Source: Verrucomicrobiia bacterium (GTDB taxonomy: Bacteria; Verrucomicrobiota; Verrucomicrobiia; Limisphaerales; UBA11358). From it: 64,000 nt of DNA. The position numbers were made by a program, and so were the translations under genes. The notes beneath the pieces were generated by a model. The model saw only the letters and a list, made by a program, of their open reading frames with translations, had not been told where the DNA came from and ran no database searches. Within the stretch, counting starts at the first letter, position 1; each line of letters begins with the position of its first letter. The stretch lies in contig DATLVR010000066.1 in assembly GCA_035577265.1 (NCBI GenBank), positions 93,819 through 157,818 on the forward strand, written 5' to 3'. This document shows, piece by piece, positions 37,381 to 50,028 of the stretch.

Positions 37381-38631
37381 ATGTCCGCCGACGCAACAAT
37401 GTTCATCGACAAGCCGGTGGTATTGACGATTTTTGCGCTCACTTATCTGGGCATCGCCATGGGACGCGTGCCCGGCCTGAAACTGGATCGCACCGGCATC
37501 GTCATGTTGGGAGCGATCGCCATGATGGTGTTCGGCGGGCTGCCGACGACGGACGCCATCGGCTTCATCAACTGGCCGACCATCCTGCTGTTGTTCGGTT
37601 TCTTTGTGCTCTCAGCCCAGCTGCGGTTGTCCGGATTTTTCGACGCCGTGGCGGGCGGCCTCGCGCGGAAGCTTGGCAGCCCGGCGCGATTTCTGATGTT
37701 GTTGATGCTGGCCACGGCGGGCCTTTCGGCCTTCCTGAACCATGACATCGTCTGCTTTGTTTTTACACCGATTGTCGCGATGGCGCTGTTGAAACGGCAG
37801 TTGAATCCCGTGCCGTTCCTGATCGCGCTGGCCATCGCCAGCAACATCGGCGCGGCGGCCACGCTGGTGGGCAATCCACAGGACATGATGATCGGGCAGA
37901 TGGCCGGGCTGGGGTTTGGGCATTACGCGTTATGGTGCATCGTGCCGGTGATTTTCGCATTGGGCTGCGCCCATGCCATCATCTGGCGGCTCTCGCGCCA
38001 TCGCCTGGCGGCCAAGGTGACGTCACCTTTCGATCCCGTCGTGACGCCACGTCCGTTCGACCGTCCACACACGATCAAAGGACTGGTCATCCTCGTTGTC
38101 GTCATCGGCCTGTTCTTCTCGCCGCTGCCCGCTGAATTGGTCGCCTTGACAGCGGCGGCCATCCATCTGGCCAGCCCGAAGTTCCGCACCGAAGATTTGT
38201 TGAGGCTCGTGGACTGGCCGATTCTGGTGCTGTTCATGGGACTCTTCGTGGTGACCGGCGCGTTTCAGACCACCGGCTACGGCGAACAAGCCGTGCAATG
38301 GCTGGCTCAAGGCGGGCTGCATCTGCAATCGCCACCGACGCTGGCGCTGGTCACGGCTGCCCTGTCCAACCTCATCAACAACTCCGCCGCCGTGATGCTG
38401 CTGCTGAAGGTGGCGGACATCACGCAACCACCGGCCGCCTATGTGCTGGCACTGGCGAACAGTTTCGGCGGCAGCCTGCTCATCATCGGCAGCGTCGCCA
38501 ACATCATCGTGGTGCAGCAGGCCCGTGAACTGGGCATCCACATTTCCTTCCGCGACTTCGCCCGGCTCGGCATTCCGGTGACGCTGGCGGCGCTCGCCGG
38601 TTTGCTGGTGTGGGTGAGGTTGATGGCGTGA
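37381..38631 (+). CDS. anion permease of the ArsB/NhaD (SLC13-like) superfamily
   Basis: 416 aa, about 11 TM, LTYLGIAMGRVPGLKLDRTGIVMLGA N-terminus typical of this family. Confidence 0.65.
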   Translation: MSADATMFIDKPVVLTIFALTYLGIAMGRVPGLKLDRTGIVMLGAIAMMVFGGLPTTDAIGFINWPTILLLFGFFVLSAQLRLSGFFDAVAGGLARKLGSPARFLMLLMLATAGLSAFLNHDIVCFVFTPIVAMALLKRQLNPVPFLIALAIASNIGAAATLVGNPQDMMIGQMAGLGFGHYALWCIVPVIFALGCAHAIIWRLSRHRLAAKVTSPFDPVVTPRPFDRPHTIKGLVILVVVIGLFFSPLPAELVALTAAAIHLASPKFRTEDLLRLVDWPILVLFMGLFVVTGAFQTTGYGEQAVQWLAQGGLHLQSPPTLALVTAALSNLINNSAAVMLLLKVADITQPPAAYVLALANSFGGSLLIIGSVANIIVVQQARELGIHISFRDFARLGIPVTLAALAGLLVWVRLMA

Positions 38632-38642
38632 GGCGCCCGGTT

Positions 38643-38903
38643 AACCACGAAATACACGAAAACAATTCCCTCTCCGCCTCGACCGGGGAGATTCCCTTCT
38701 CCGCTCTGGGGAGACTTGAGCCGTTTGGGAAGCTGCGAAAGGAATTCGCCGGAGGCGAAGGCCCGCAGGGCCAAGCGAGCGGGAGTGAGCGAGTCCACTG
38801 GCCGCAGGCCGGATGAGGTGCCGCGCCCTGATTCCACTTCGCGCGGAGGGCGAGGTGTCGAATATCAACTGAAGAAGTTCCTGAGACGAATTTCACGAAT
38901 TGA
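38643..38903 (+). repeat. right copy of the composite direct repeat, with an 84-nt internal insertion
   Basis: Same blocks as 32872-33019, interrupted at 38715-38798. cacgaa-type motifs at both ends. Confidence 0.9.
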
Positions 38904-39004
38904 CTCGAATGCGAATGGCACGGATGGTGCCATCTCTCAATTTTACCGCTCGCGAATCTTGCCCCGCCCGTTCACTTCTGGCTTAATACGCGCCGCTTTA
39001 TATC

Positions 39005-41131
39005 ATGTCAGCCAAGAAAAAGAAAGATTCCGGTCAGCCGGAATTGCCCATCGAAGGCACGCCACCCGCCGCGCCGTCGCAAACCGCGCCCGCGAAGAAA
39101 TCTTCCGGGCCCGATGGCAACGGCGCGGACCACGTCATCGCCGAAACGGTGGAGCCCGTCGTTCACAAGCCGTTCGATCCGAAACAATCCGGCGGCGGTT
39201 TGCACACACGCGTGGATCGCGGGTTTCTGGATTATGCCAGCTACGTCATTCGCGACCGCGCGATTCCGAATCTTGCCGACGGTTTCAAGCCGGTGCAGCG
39301 CCGCATCATGTGGGCGTTGCACGAGAAGGACGACGGCCGCTTCATCAAGGTCGCCAACGTCGTCGGCCACACGATGCAGTATCATCCGCACGGCGACGCA
39401 TCCATCGGCGACGCGCTCGTGGTGCTGGCGAACAAACGCTATCTCATCGAGGGCCAGGGAAATTTCGGCAACATTTTCACCGGCGATCCCGCGGCTGCGT
39501 CGCGTTACATCGAATGCCGGCTGACGGAACTCGCGCGCACGGAGGTTTTCAACGACTCCATCACCGAGTTCATTCCCAGCTACGACGGGCGCAACAAAGA
39601 ACCCGTGTCGCTGCCGTGCAAACTGCCGCTGACCTTGATGCTCGGCACGGAAGGCATCGCGGTCGGTTTGAGTGCGCGCATTCTGCCGCACAATTTCCCC
39701 GAGCTGCTCGAAGCGCAGATCGCGATCCTCAAGAAGCAGCCGTTCAAGTGTCTGCCGGATTTTTCGACCGGCGGCCTGATGGATGCGCGCGATTATCAGG
39801 ACGGCAAAGGTTCGGTGAAAGTCCGCGCCAAGATCAAGACCAAGGACGAGTCCACCGTCGTCATCAAGGAAATCCCGCCGACCACCACGACGGAATCGCT
39901 GATCGCGTCCATCGAGGACGCGGTGCAAAAGGGCAAACTCAAGGTAAAATCCATCAACGATTTCACGTCCGAAACCGTCGAGATCGAAATCAAATGTCCG
40001 TCCGGCGTGGATGCCGAGAAAATGGTGGACGCGCTGTATGCCTTCACCGATTGCGAAGTCTCCATCGCGAGCCGCATCGTCGTCATCAAGGACAACCGCC
40101 CGGTCGAGCTGACGGTGTCGGAAATTCTGCGCGAGAACACCGACCAGCTCGTCGCCATTCTCAAGCGTGAACTGGAGTTGCGGGAGAAGAACCTGCTCGA
40201 CGAACTGCATTACCGCACGCTGGAACGCATCTTCATCGAGGAGCGCATCTACAAATTGATCGAGAAGTGCAAGACGAACGAAGCGGTGTTCGCCGCCGTT
40301 TATGAAGGCTTCAAGCCGTTCCAGAAGCAGCTCGTGCGCGAGATCGTGGATGCCGACGTGGAGAAGCTGTTGCAGGTCCGCATCCGCCGCATTTCGCTCT
40401 TCGACATCAACAAACATCGCGAGGAGATGGAGAAGACGAAGGCCGAGCTCGCCGAGACTCTGAAGAATCTCAAGAGTCTCACGAAATATGTCATCGGCCA
40501 TCTCGAAACCTTGCTGGAAAAATACGGCCCGCAGTATCCGCGCCTGACCACCAAGTCCGCGCGCCACGAGGAAGTGGACGTGAAAGCGGTGGCGTTCAAG
40601 TCGTTCAAGGTCGCCTACGACCGCGCGACCGGCTACGTCGGCTACAAGGTGAGCGGCGACGAGTTCAAGCTCGAATGCACCAAGTTCGACAAGGTGCTGC
40701 TCGTGTTCAAGGATGGGACTTACAAAGTCAACGAACTGCCGGAGAAATTATTCGTCGGGCCGGAGCTGTTTTACTGCGGTCTGCCGGACCGCGAAAAAGT
40801 TTTCACCTGCGCCTACACGGATCGCAACGCGAGCTACCTGAAACGGTTCACGTTCGGCGGCACGATTATGAACAAGGCCTATTCGTGCATCCCGGAGAAG
40901 TCGCGCATCCTCTTCTTTGCGCCCGAGACGCCGAAAGTGCTTTATGTCCGCTACAAGCCGGCATTGCACCAGAAGGTCTCGCAACAGACCTGCGAACCGG
41001 AACATGTGGAAGTGAAATCGCCCAAGACCCGCGGCCGTCAGCTTTCCATCAAGGACATTTCATCCGTCACCGCCGAGCCGACGCGCGGCTGGGATGAAAC
41101 CGCGGCGACCACGAAGATCGTGTTTGCGTGA
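39005..41131 (+). CDS. parC: type IIA DNA topoisomerase subunit A (topoisomerase IV ParC / GyrA-like)
   Basis: FLDYASYVIRDRAIPNLADGFKPVQRRIMW, HPHGD, RYIECRLT (catalytic Tyr region). Confidence 0.85.
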   Translation: MSAKKKKDSGQPELPIEGTPPAAPSQTAPAKKSSGPDGNGADHVIAETVEPVVHKPFDPKQSGGGLHTRVDRGFLDYASYVIRDRAIPNLADGFKPVQRRIMWALHEKDDGRFIKVANVVGHTMQYHPHGDASIGDALVVLANKRYLIEGQGNFGNIFTGDPAAASRYIECRLTELARTEVFNDSITEFIPSYDGRNKEPVSLPCKLPLTLMLGTEGIAVGLSARILPHNFPELLEAQIAILKKQPFKCLPDFSTGGLMDARDYQDGKGSVKVRAKIKTKDESTVVIKEIPPTTTTESLIASIEDAVQKGKLKVKSINDFTSETVEIEIKCPSGVDAEKMVDALYAFTDCEVSIASRIVVIKDNRPVELTVSEILRENTDQLVAILKRELELREKNLLDELHYRTLERIFIEERIYKLIEKCKTNEAVFAAVYEGFKPFQKQLVREIVDADVEKLLQVRIRRISLFDINKHREEMEKTKAELAETLKNLKSLTKYVIGHLETLLEKYGPQYPRLTTKSARHEEVDVKAVAFKSFKVAYDRATGYVGYKVSGDEFKLECTKFDKVLLVFKDGTYKVNELPEKLFVGPELFYCGLPDREKVFTCAYTDRNASYLKRFTFGGTIMNKAYSCIPEKSRILFFAPETPKVLYVRYKPALHQKVSQQTCEPEHVEVKSPKTRGRQLSIKDISSVTAEPTRGWDETAATTKIVFA

Positions 41132-41181
41132 CCGGGCTTGGTTTCGCTTGCATTTGGCCAAACTGAAACTACTTTCCCAGC

Positions 41182-41394
41182 ATGGCACTGACCAATCTTG
41201 CCGTGGCTGAAGAAGCACTGTCGCTGTCGCCTGCCGAGCGGGCGGATTTGGCGAAGCTGCTGATTCAGAGCCTTGAAAACGACAGCCGCTCGGACGCGGA
41301 AATCAAAGCCGAGCTCAACCGCCGCCTCGATGATTTGCTTTCAAGCAAGGATGCCGGTCTGAGCTTTGAACAAGTCTTCGGCGTTCGGGCGTGA
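41182..41394 (+). CDS. type II antitoxin (putative addiction module component)
   Basis: 70 aa, EEALSLSPAERADLAKLLIQSLEND..AELNRRLDDL fits the unstable-antitoxin family. Confidence 0.65.
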   Translation: MALTNLAVAEEALSLSPAERADLAKLLIQSLENDSRSDAEIKAELNRRLDDLLSSKDAGLSFEQVFGVRA

Positions 41395-41690
41395 AAGCGG
41401 TTTTCAGCGCGCGGTTCAAAGCCGAACTGCTGGATGCAGAGGCAAAATACTGCGAAGTCTCCGACCGGCTTGCGGGTGAGTTGCGCGAGCGCGTTGCCGG
41501 ACAGGCGCGCGAAATCATCCGTTGAAAAGGCGGCGATCACGTCGGACCTCACGGGTTTCCGTGCCGCCGGACAAAACCGTTTCCGTTTTTCATTTACTAC
41601 GAAGCGCGGGGCGACACGATTTACTTTCTCGGCCTCGTTCACGAACGACGCCACCCCGATTTTCTGAAAGGCCGCCTCAAAACGGCATAA
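41391..41690 (+). pseudogene. RelE/ParE-superfamily toxin interrupted by an in-frame TGA
   Basis: GTG 41391 overlaps the antitoxin stop. In-frame TGA at 41523-41525. The same frame continues to FPFFIYYEARGDTIYFLGLVHERRHPDF and a stop at 41688-41690. Confidence 0.65.
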
Positions 41691-41718
41691 TCCATCAAAA
41701 CGGTTTCGCCATTACTTC

Positions 41719-41769
41719 ACGCGCGGCTGGGATGAAAAGGCAACGACGACGAAAATTATTTTAGCTTGA
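41719..41769 (+). repeat. diverged displaced copy of the last 16 codons plus stop of the topo subunit A gene
   Basis: TRGWDEKATTTKIILA-stop versus the authentic TRGWDETAATTKIVFA-stop (41081-41131). Same length and in frame. Confidence 0.8.
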
Positions 41770-42030
41770 AGCCGGGCGGAACGGCCGGAGGTGATTGACG
41801 CTCCACAAAAACCCGGCAGTTCCGGCAGCGCGGCGATTTGCTTTCCGGCGAATCAATCCGTTTGTGTTCGCCAGACGGTTGTCCGACACATACTGCATTG
41901 CTGGCTTCGGATGATCCGCGCTATTTCCAAATCAGTGTGCCGGTTCGCCAAGCCAGTGCCGACGAAATGGAAGATGGCGAACCTACGAAGCCCGTGACAA
42001 TTTCGTCGCTGGTGCTACGATAAACCTGCC

Positions 42031-42705
42031 ATGAAAAAGAGTGCGCAACCCCACGTGAAAATTGAAGTCACCAAGGACGGCCCGTATCTCGTCAGCGGCG
42101 ACCTGCCTTTGAGCGAACAATGGATCGTCACCAATGCCGGGGGCGATTCTCTCGAATACCGGGAAGGGAAAAAGTTTCCTGCCCAGCCGCAATACGCCCT
42201 CTGTCGCTGCGGCCAGTCGGCAAACAAACCTTTCTGCGACGGCACCCACGCGAAGGTTCATTTCGACGGCACGGAAACGGCCAGCCATGAACCCTACTTG
42301 CAGCAAGCCGGGACCATCGAAGGCCCGACGATGGTGCTTACCGACCAGGAGAACTTGTGCGCGTTCGCCCGCTTCTGCGATCCGAAAGGTCGGATTTGGA
42401 ATCTTGTCAAGCAGGACAGCCCCGAAGCCCAAGAAATCGTAAAACATGAGGCGGCACATTGTCCCGCCGGACGATTGGTGATCTGGGACAAGGCGACCGG
42501 GAAAGCCATTGAGCAGAACTTTGCTCCATCCCTCGCACTCATCGAGGACGCGGAGAAGAAAGTCAGCGGCCCGATCTGGGTGCGCGGAGGCATCCCAGTC
42601 CTTTCCGCCGAGGGGAAGACCTACGAGGTTCGGAACCGGCTGACCTTGTGCCGCTGCGGCAGTTCTGCCAACAAGCCATTCTGCGACGGTTCACACGCGG
42701 GCTGA
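42031..42705 (+). CDS. CDGSH iron-sulfur domain protein (two CDGSH motifs)
   Basis: CRCGQSANKPFCDGTH and CRCGSSANKPFCDGSH, plus a central Cys-rich segment. Confidence 0.85.
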   Translation: MKKSAQPHVKIEVTKDGPYLVSGDLPLSEQWIVTNAGGDSLEYREGKKFPAQPQYALCRCGQSANKPFCDGTHAKVHFDGTETASHEPYLQQAGTIEGPTMVLTDQENLCAFARFCDPKGRIWNLVKQDSPEAQEIVKHEAAHCPAGRLVIWDKATGKAIEQNFAPSLALIEDAEKKVSGPIWVRGGIPVLSAEGKTYEVRNRLTLCRCGSSANKPFCDGSHAG

Positions 42706-42772
42706 ACTTGGACCTGCCATGCTCAAGCCGCACAAAAAATAAAGGCCGCGCATTTCATCACACCCGGCGAAG

Positions 42773-42820
42773 CGCGGCTGGGATGAAACCGCGGCAACCA
42801 CCAAGATTGTGTTTGCGTGA
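42773..42820 (+). repeat. well-preserved displaced copy of the last 15 codons plus stop of the topo subunit A gene
   Basis: 45/48 nt identical to 41084-41131. All three differences are synonymous. Followed by a hairpin at 42822-42852. Confidence 0.9.
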
Positions 42821-42842
42821 GGCGGAAATTAAATGGCGAATT

Positions 42843-43289
42843 TTAATTCCGCTTGGCCGGCCTTTCATGGCGCCATGCGTCCCGAAATGCCAGCCAGCCT
42901 GCGCCGGCCAACACGAGCGCGAGCAATGCCGCGATGACATTGGTTGTTGTTCCCGGCTTGGCCAGCCAGCCAAGACAACGGCAATTCGCATGAGGGTCCA
43001 TCAGTAGCAACCGCGCCAAAAAACAAATCAATCCCCACGCTGCGGTCGAAATGCACGGAAGCCAGCGCCAAGGGCTGAAGCAAATCAGCAGAACGATCAA
43101 TAGTTCCGTGCTGGCGGCGATGCCCAACAACCTTTCATTTGAAAGGCTGGCCGGCTGAAAATTGCCCAAGATGGAAGCGTCGGCGCACCAGTTGCGAGGA
43201 TGAAAAATCGCCGGCCATTTTACCAGCGCCGTCAGCGTAAGAACGATGCCGGTCGCGAGCAGATAAAGCCGGACAAATCGCGTCTTCAT
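42843..43289 (-). CDS. small 4-TM membrane protein (MauE/DoxX-like?)
   Basis: 148 aa, four hydrophobic segments. 3 nt downstream of the receiver-Hpt gene. Confidence 0.4.
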   Translation of the reverse strand: MKTRFVRLYLLATGIVLTLTALVKWPAIFHPRNWCADASILGNFQPASLSNERLLGIAASTELLIVLLICFSPWRWLPCISTAAWGLICFLARLLLMDPHANCRCLGWLAKPGTTTNVIAALLALVLAGAGWLAFRDAWRHERPAKRN

Positions 43290-43292
43290 CGG

Positions 43293-44102
43293 TCAACTCT
43301 TTTTGATCCGTTCCAGCGTGGATTGCGCGCGGCTGAATTCCTCCCGTGCCCGCTCAATCAACGGTTGCGTGTCGGCCAAAATCCAGTTCTTGGCGGTCTG
43401 CTCGATCTCGTCGCACAACGCGGCCAGGTTGCGGGCGCCGAGATTGCCGGCGCTGCCCTTGAGCGCGGACGCGGCACTGATGGTGCGGGTCAGGGACGTC
43501 ATGTCGTTTTTGGCCACGGCGTCGCTCATTATGTCCAGCTGCGTCGGGGCCTCGCGCACGAACAGATCAATCAATTCCGCGAGCGGATCCGGTTTGCCCG
43601 GCGTCCGCAACTGGCGCAGGCCGGCGATGACGACGGGGTCGATGACCTCGTCCATTTTCTTCGCGACCATCTGGTCGGCCAGGGCGTGCATGAGGGCGGC
43701 TTCCAGTTCGGGCAGTTGCACCGGCTTGTTGATGAATCCATCCATGCCGGCGGAGGAACATTTTTCCCGGTTGTCGGCCTGGGTGTTGGCCGTCATGGCA
43801 ATGATATAAACCCGTTTGACCGCATTCGCGGCGCCGGTTTTTTCCTGCTCACGAATGCGGATCTGCCAGGTGGCTTCGTAGCCGCTGATGCCGGGCATCT
43901 GGCAATCCATCAAAATGATGTCGTAAGGCGTGCGTGCATGGGCTTCGAGGGCCAGCTCGCCGTCCGCCACGGCGTCGGCGGTGTAACCGAGTTTTTCCAG
44001 CTGCTTGAGCGCCACCTGCTGGTTGAGCGGCGAGTCCTCCACCACGAGGATGCGCACGGGCTTGGTGGTTGAAGCCTGCGGGTTGTCGCTTGTTGTGTTC
44101 AT
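43293..44102 (-). CDS. response-regulator receiver fused to a degenerate Hpt domain
   Basis: RILVVEDSPLNQ..DIILMDCQMPGISG (REC). The C-terminal ISAASALKGSAGNLGA is Hpt-like with Ser where His is expected. Start at MNTTSDN (44100-44102). Confidence 0.7.
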   Translation of the reverse strand: MNTTSDNPQASTTKPVRILVVEDSPLNQQVALKQLEKLGYTADAVADGELALEAHARTPYDIILMDCQMPGISGYEATWQIRIREQEKTGAANAVKRVYIIAMTANTQADNREKCSSAGMDGFINKPVQLPELEAALMHALADQMVAKKMDEVIDPVVIAGLRQLRTPGKPDPLAELIDLFVREAPTQLDIMSDAVAKNDMTSLTRTISAASALKGSAGNLGARNLAALCDEIEQTAKNWILADTQPLIERAREEFSRAQSTLERIKKS

Positions 44103-44160
44103 AATCTTCTCTCCAGTTTCAAACCAGGCGGGTTCATCCAAACCCCGCACCCTGCCGGCG

Positions 44161-44535
44161 TCAAGCCATCGGTTTTGACAGCCGGACTTTTTCCGCTTCC
44201 AAAATGCCGACGGCTTCCGCAAAGGCTTTCTCCAATTCAGCCAGCTGCGTCCCGGCCAGTTCGGCCTTCTGTTCCCGCGCGGACGCTTCGAGCTGTGTGG
44301 CCAGTTCCTGGACGCGGACGGCACCCACATTGCCGGCGCTGGATTTGAGCGGGTGCGCCGCATCCGCCAGGGCCGTGAGATTGTCCGCCTGTTGTGCCTG
44401 ACGCGCCGCGGCCATTTTTTTGGCCCCGTAACTGCCGAACAGCTCGATCATCTCCAGCGTGAACGTCGGCCCGCCCAATTTAATCAGCCGTTCGATGGCC
44501 GCCGGATCGTAGGGATTGGATGCATTCATAATCAA
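44161..44535 (-). CDS. histidine phosphotransfer (Hpt) protein
   Basis: 124 aa with DAAHPLKSSAGNVGA (H-x-L-K motif). Confidence 0.75.
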   Translation of the reverse strand: MIMNASNPYDPAAIERLIKLGGPTFTLEMIELFGSYGAKKMAAARQAQQADNLTALADAAHPLKSSAGNVGAVRVQELATQLEASAREQKAELAGTQLAELEKAFAEAVGILEAEKVRLSKPMA

Positions 44536-44537
44536 AT

Positions 44538-44915
44538 TCAGGCCGCGGTTCCGGCCGGTAACAGTTTCTGGATGGCGTCGAGCAACACATTTTCATCCAC
44601 GATGGGCTTGGTGACATACTCGTTGAAACCCGCTTCCAGATATTTCTCGCGGTCGCCGGCCATCGCGTGGGCGGTGAGCGCGATCACCGGCAGCGCCCGC
44701 AACTGGCCGTCCGCGCGGATCCGGCGCAGCACCTCGGTGCCGTCCATTTCAGGCAGCGAGATGTCCAGCAGGATCACGTCGGGTTTTTCTTTCGGCAAAC
44801 CCTCCAGCGCCGCGAAACCGGTCTCGTATTCTACGACCTCATAAAGCGATTCCAAAATCACCCGCACGAGCAGGCGGTTGTCCGGATTGTCTTCCACGAC
44901 GGCGATTTTTTTCAT
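44538..44915 (-). CDS. single-domain response regulator (CheY-like)
   Basis: KIAVVEDNPDN..DVILLDISLPEMDG..ALTAHAM..K. Confidence 0.8.
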   Translation of the reverse strand: MKKIAVVEDNPDNRLLVRVILESLYEVVEYETGFAALEGLPKEKPDVILLDISLPEMDGTEVLRRIRADGQLRALPVIALTAHAMAGDREKYLEAGFNEYVTKPIVDENVLLDAIQKLLPAGTAA

Positions 44916-44935
44916 GATAAGGGCTTGGTTCCTAT

Positions 44936-46146
44936 TTAACCGCTGCCGGGGGTTCTGGCAACTTCCATTCCGAGCAGGCAGACGTCGTCGCAGAAATCCT
45001 CATCGCCGGCAAAGGCGCGCACGTCGGCGATCAATCCGTCCAACAATTCTGGCAGCGGGAGATGCATGCGCTGTTTGGCGGCGGCCAGCAGCCGTTCCTG
45101 CCCGTAATCTTCGTCCTCGGCGTTGGGCACTTCAAACAAACCGTCGGTGAACAACAATATCTTGTCGCCCGCTGCGACGGGACGCCGGCTGGTGATGAAG
45201 TCGCCTTTTTCGAACAAGCCGAGCGCCGCACCCGCATGGCTGGGAAACGGCAGCGGCTCGACGATGCCCGCCTGCGGCCGCAGATGCAGCGGTGCCGGGT
45301 GTCCGGCCTTGGCATAGCAGATTTGTCCGGCAGCCACATCAGCCACGAGATAAATCGCCGTGGCATAAATCGGGTCCTCGATCTGCTTCAGGATGGCGGC
45401 GAGCTTGCGGTTCATTTCGGAGAGGAAACTTCCGGGGTCGGTCGCATGCATCTCCAGATCGCCGACCAGCGCGCGCAGCATCGCGGTCACCAGTGCCGAG
45501 CGGACGCCGTGACCCATGACGTCGCAGATGAGCACGCCGGCCTCGGTGTCGGACAGGTTTTGCACGTTGAAGAAATCGCCGCCGAGCTGCGAGGTCCAGA
45601 AATAGCGATGATGAAACCGCAGCGCCGAATCCTCCGGCCGGGCCTTCTGGGGAAAGCACGGATAACGGTGTGGCAGGAGCGATTCCTGGAGCTTGTGCGC
45701 TAGTTCCAGATCGGCCTTGATCTGCGCGTTGTAGGCGGCGACCTGTTCGGCGAGACGCTTTTGGGCCAGGGCATTCTGGAGGGCGCGCATCAACGAAGGC
45801 ACGTCCACGTCGTCCTTTTTCAGATAATCCTTGGCGCCGCGTTTCATGGCCTCGACGGCCACCGACTCATTGCCGCTGCCAGTGAGCATGACCACGGCGG
45901 GTTGTTGTCCCAATGGCAAGCTGCGGATTTTCGCCAGCAAATCCAGGCCGCTGGCCCGGGGCAGATGATAATCCACCAGGGCCAGATCGAACTGGCAAGG
46001 CCGCATCTTTTCCTCCGCCGCCTCCGCGCTGTCCACGCAGGTCACCGTGCAAGGCAGTTCCGCCGCGAGCGCCTGCACCAATTGGCAGACATACCGCGTA
46101 AACACCGGGTCGTCGTCCACCACGAGCAGAGATGTGATTCTTTTAT

Positions 46147-46150
<4 letters not shown>
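44936..46150 (-). CDS. response regulator receiver fused to a PP2C/SpoIIE-type phosphatase
   Basis: LLVVDDDP..DLALVDYHLPRASG (REC), then GGDFF..DVMGHG..FTDGL (PPM/SpoIIE motifs). Confidence 0.8.
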
Positions 46151-49782
<3,632 letters not shown>

Positions 49783-50028
49783 GCAAGGATCCTCCAGATG
49801 ACGTTGGGAAACGCCGGGCGACGTGACGCGAGTGGTGAGCGGGTCTTCACCATGAAGCCGATGCTCGACTAAAAGCCCGTGAGCGGCAACAGAATATTTT
49901 CAACCCCCTTTTTCCGGCGCCGTGGATTTTTTGCGGGAAAAACCCCCGGTTCTATGGGGAGTTGACCATCTCAAAAATTCTTCACTTGGTCGGCGTTGGG
50001 CGCTCTGATTAAATTCACCCGACGTAAA

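Noticed and set aside
38905-39004. Sigma-70-like promoter (ttgccc..18 nt..ttaata) upstream of the topoisomerase subunit A gene
   Set aside because: The match is weak and promoter consensus for this lineage is uncertain, so I do not report it as a feature.
41523-41525. In-frame TGA in the RelE/ParE-like toxin as selenocysteine or programmed readthrough
   Set aside because: I see no SECIS-like hairpin immediately downstream, and this toxin family gives no reason to expect Sec. TGA is used as an ordinary stop throughout the window. A TGG>TGA nonsense mutation is the simpler reading.
41791-41997. 68 aa ORF between the second topoisomerase-terminus copy and the CDGSH gene
   Set aside because: It is a Cys/Arg-rich translation without motifs. 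It most likely lies in the promoter or leader region of the CDGSH cassette.
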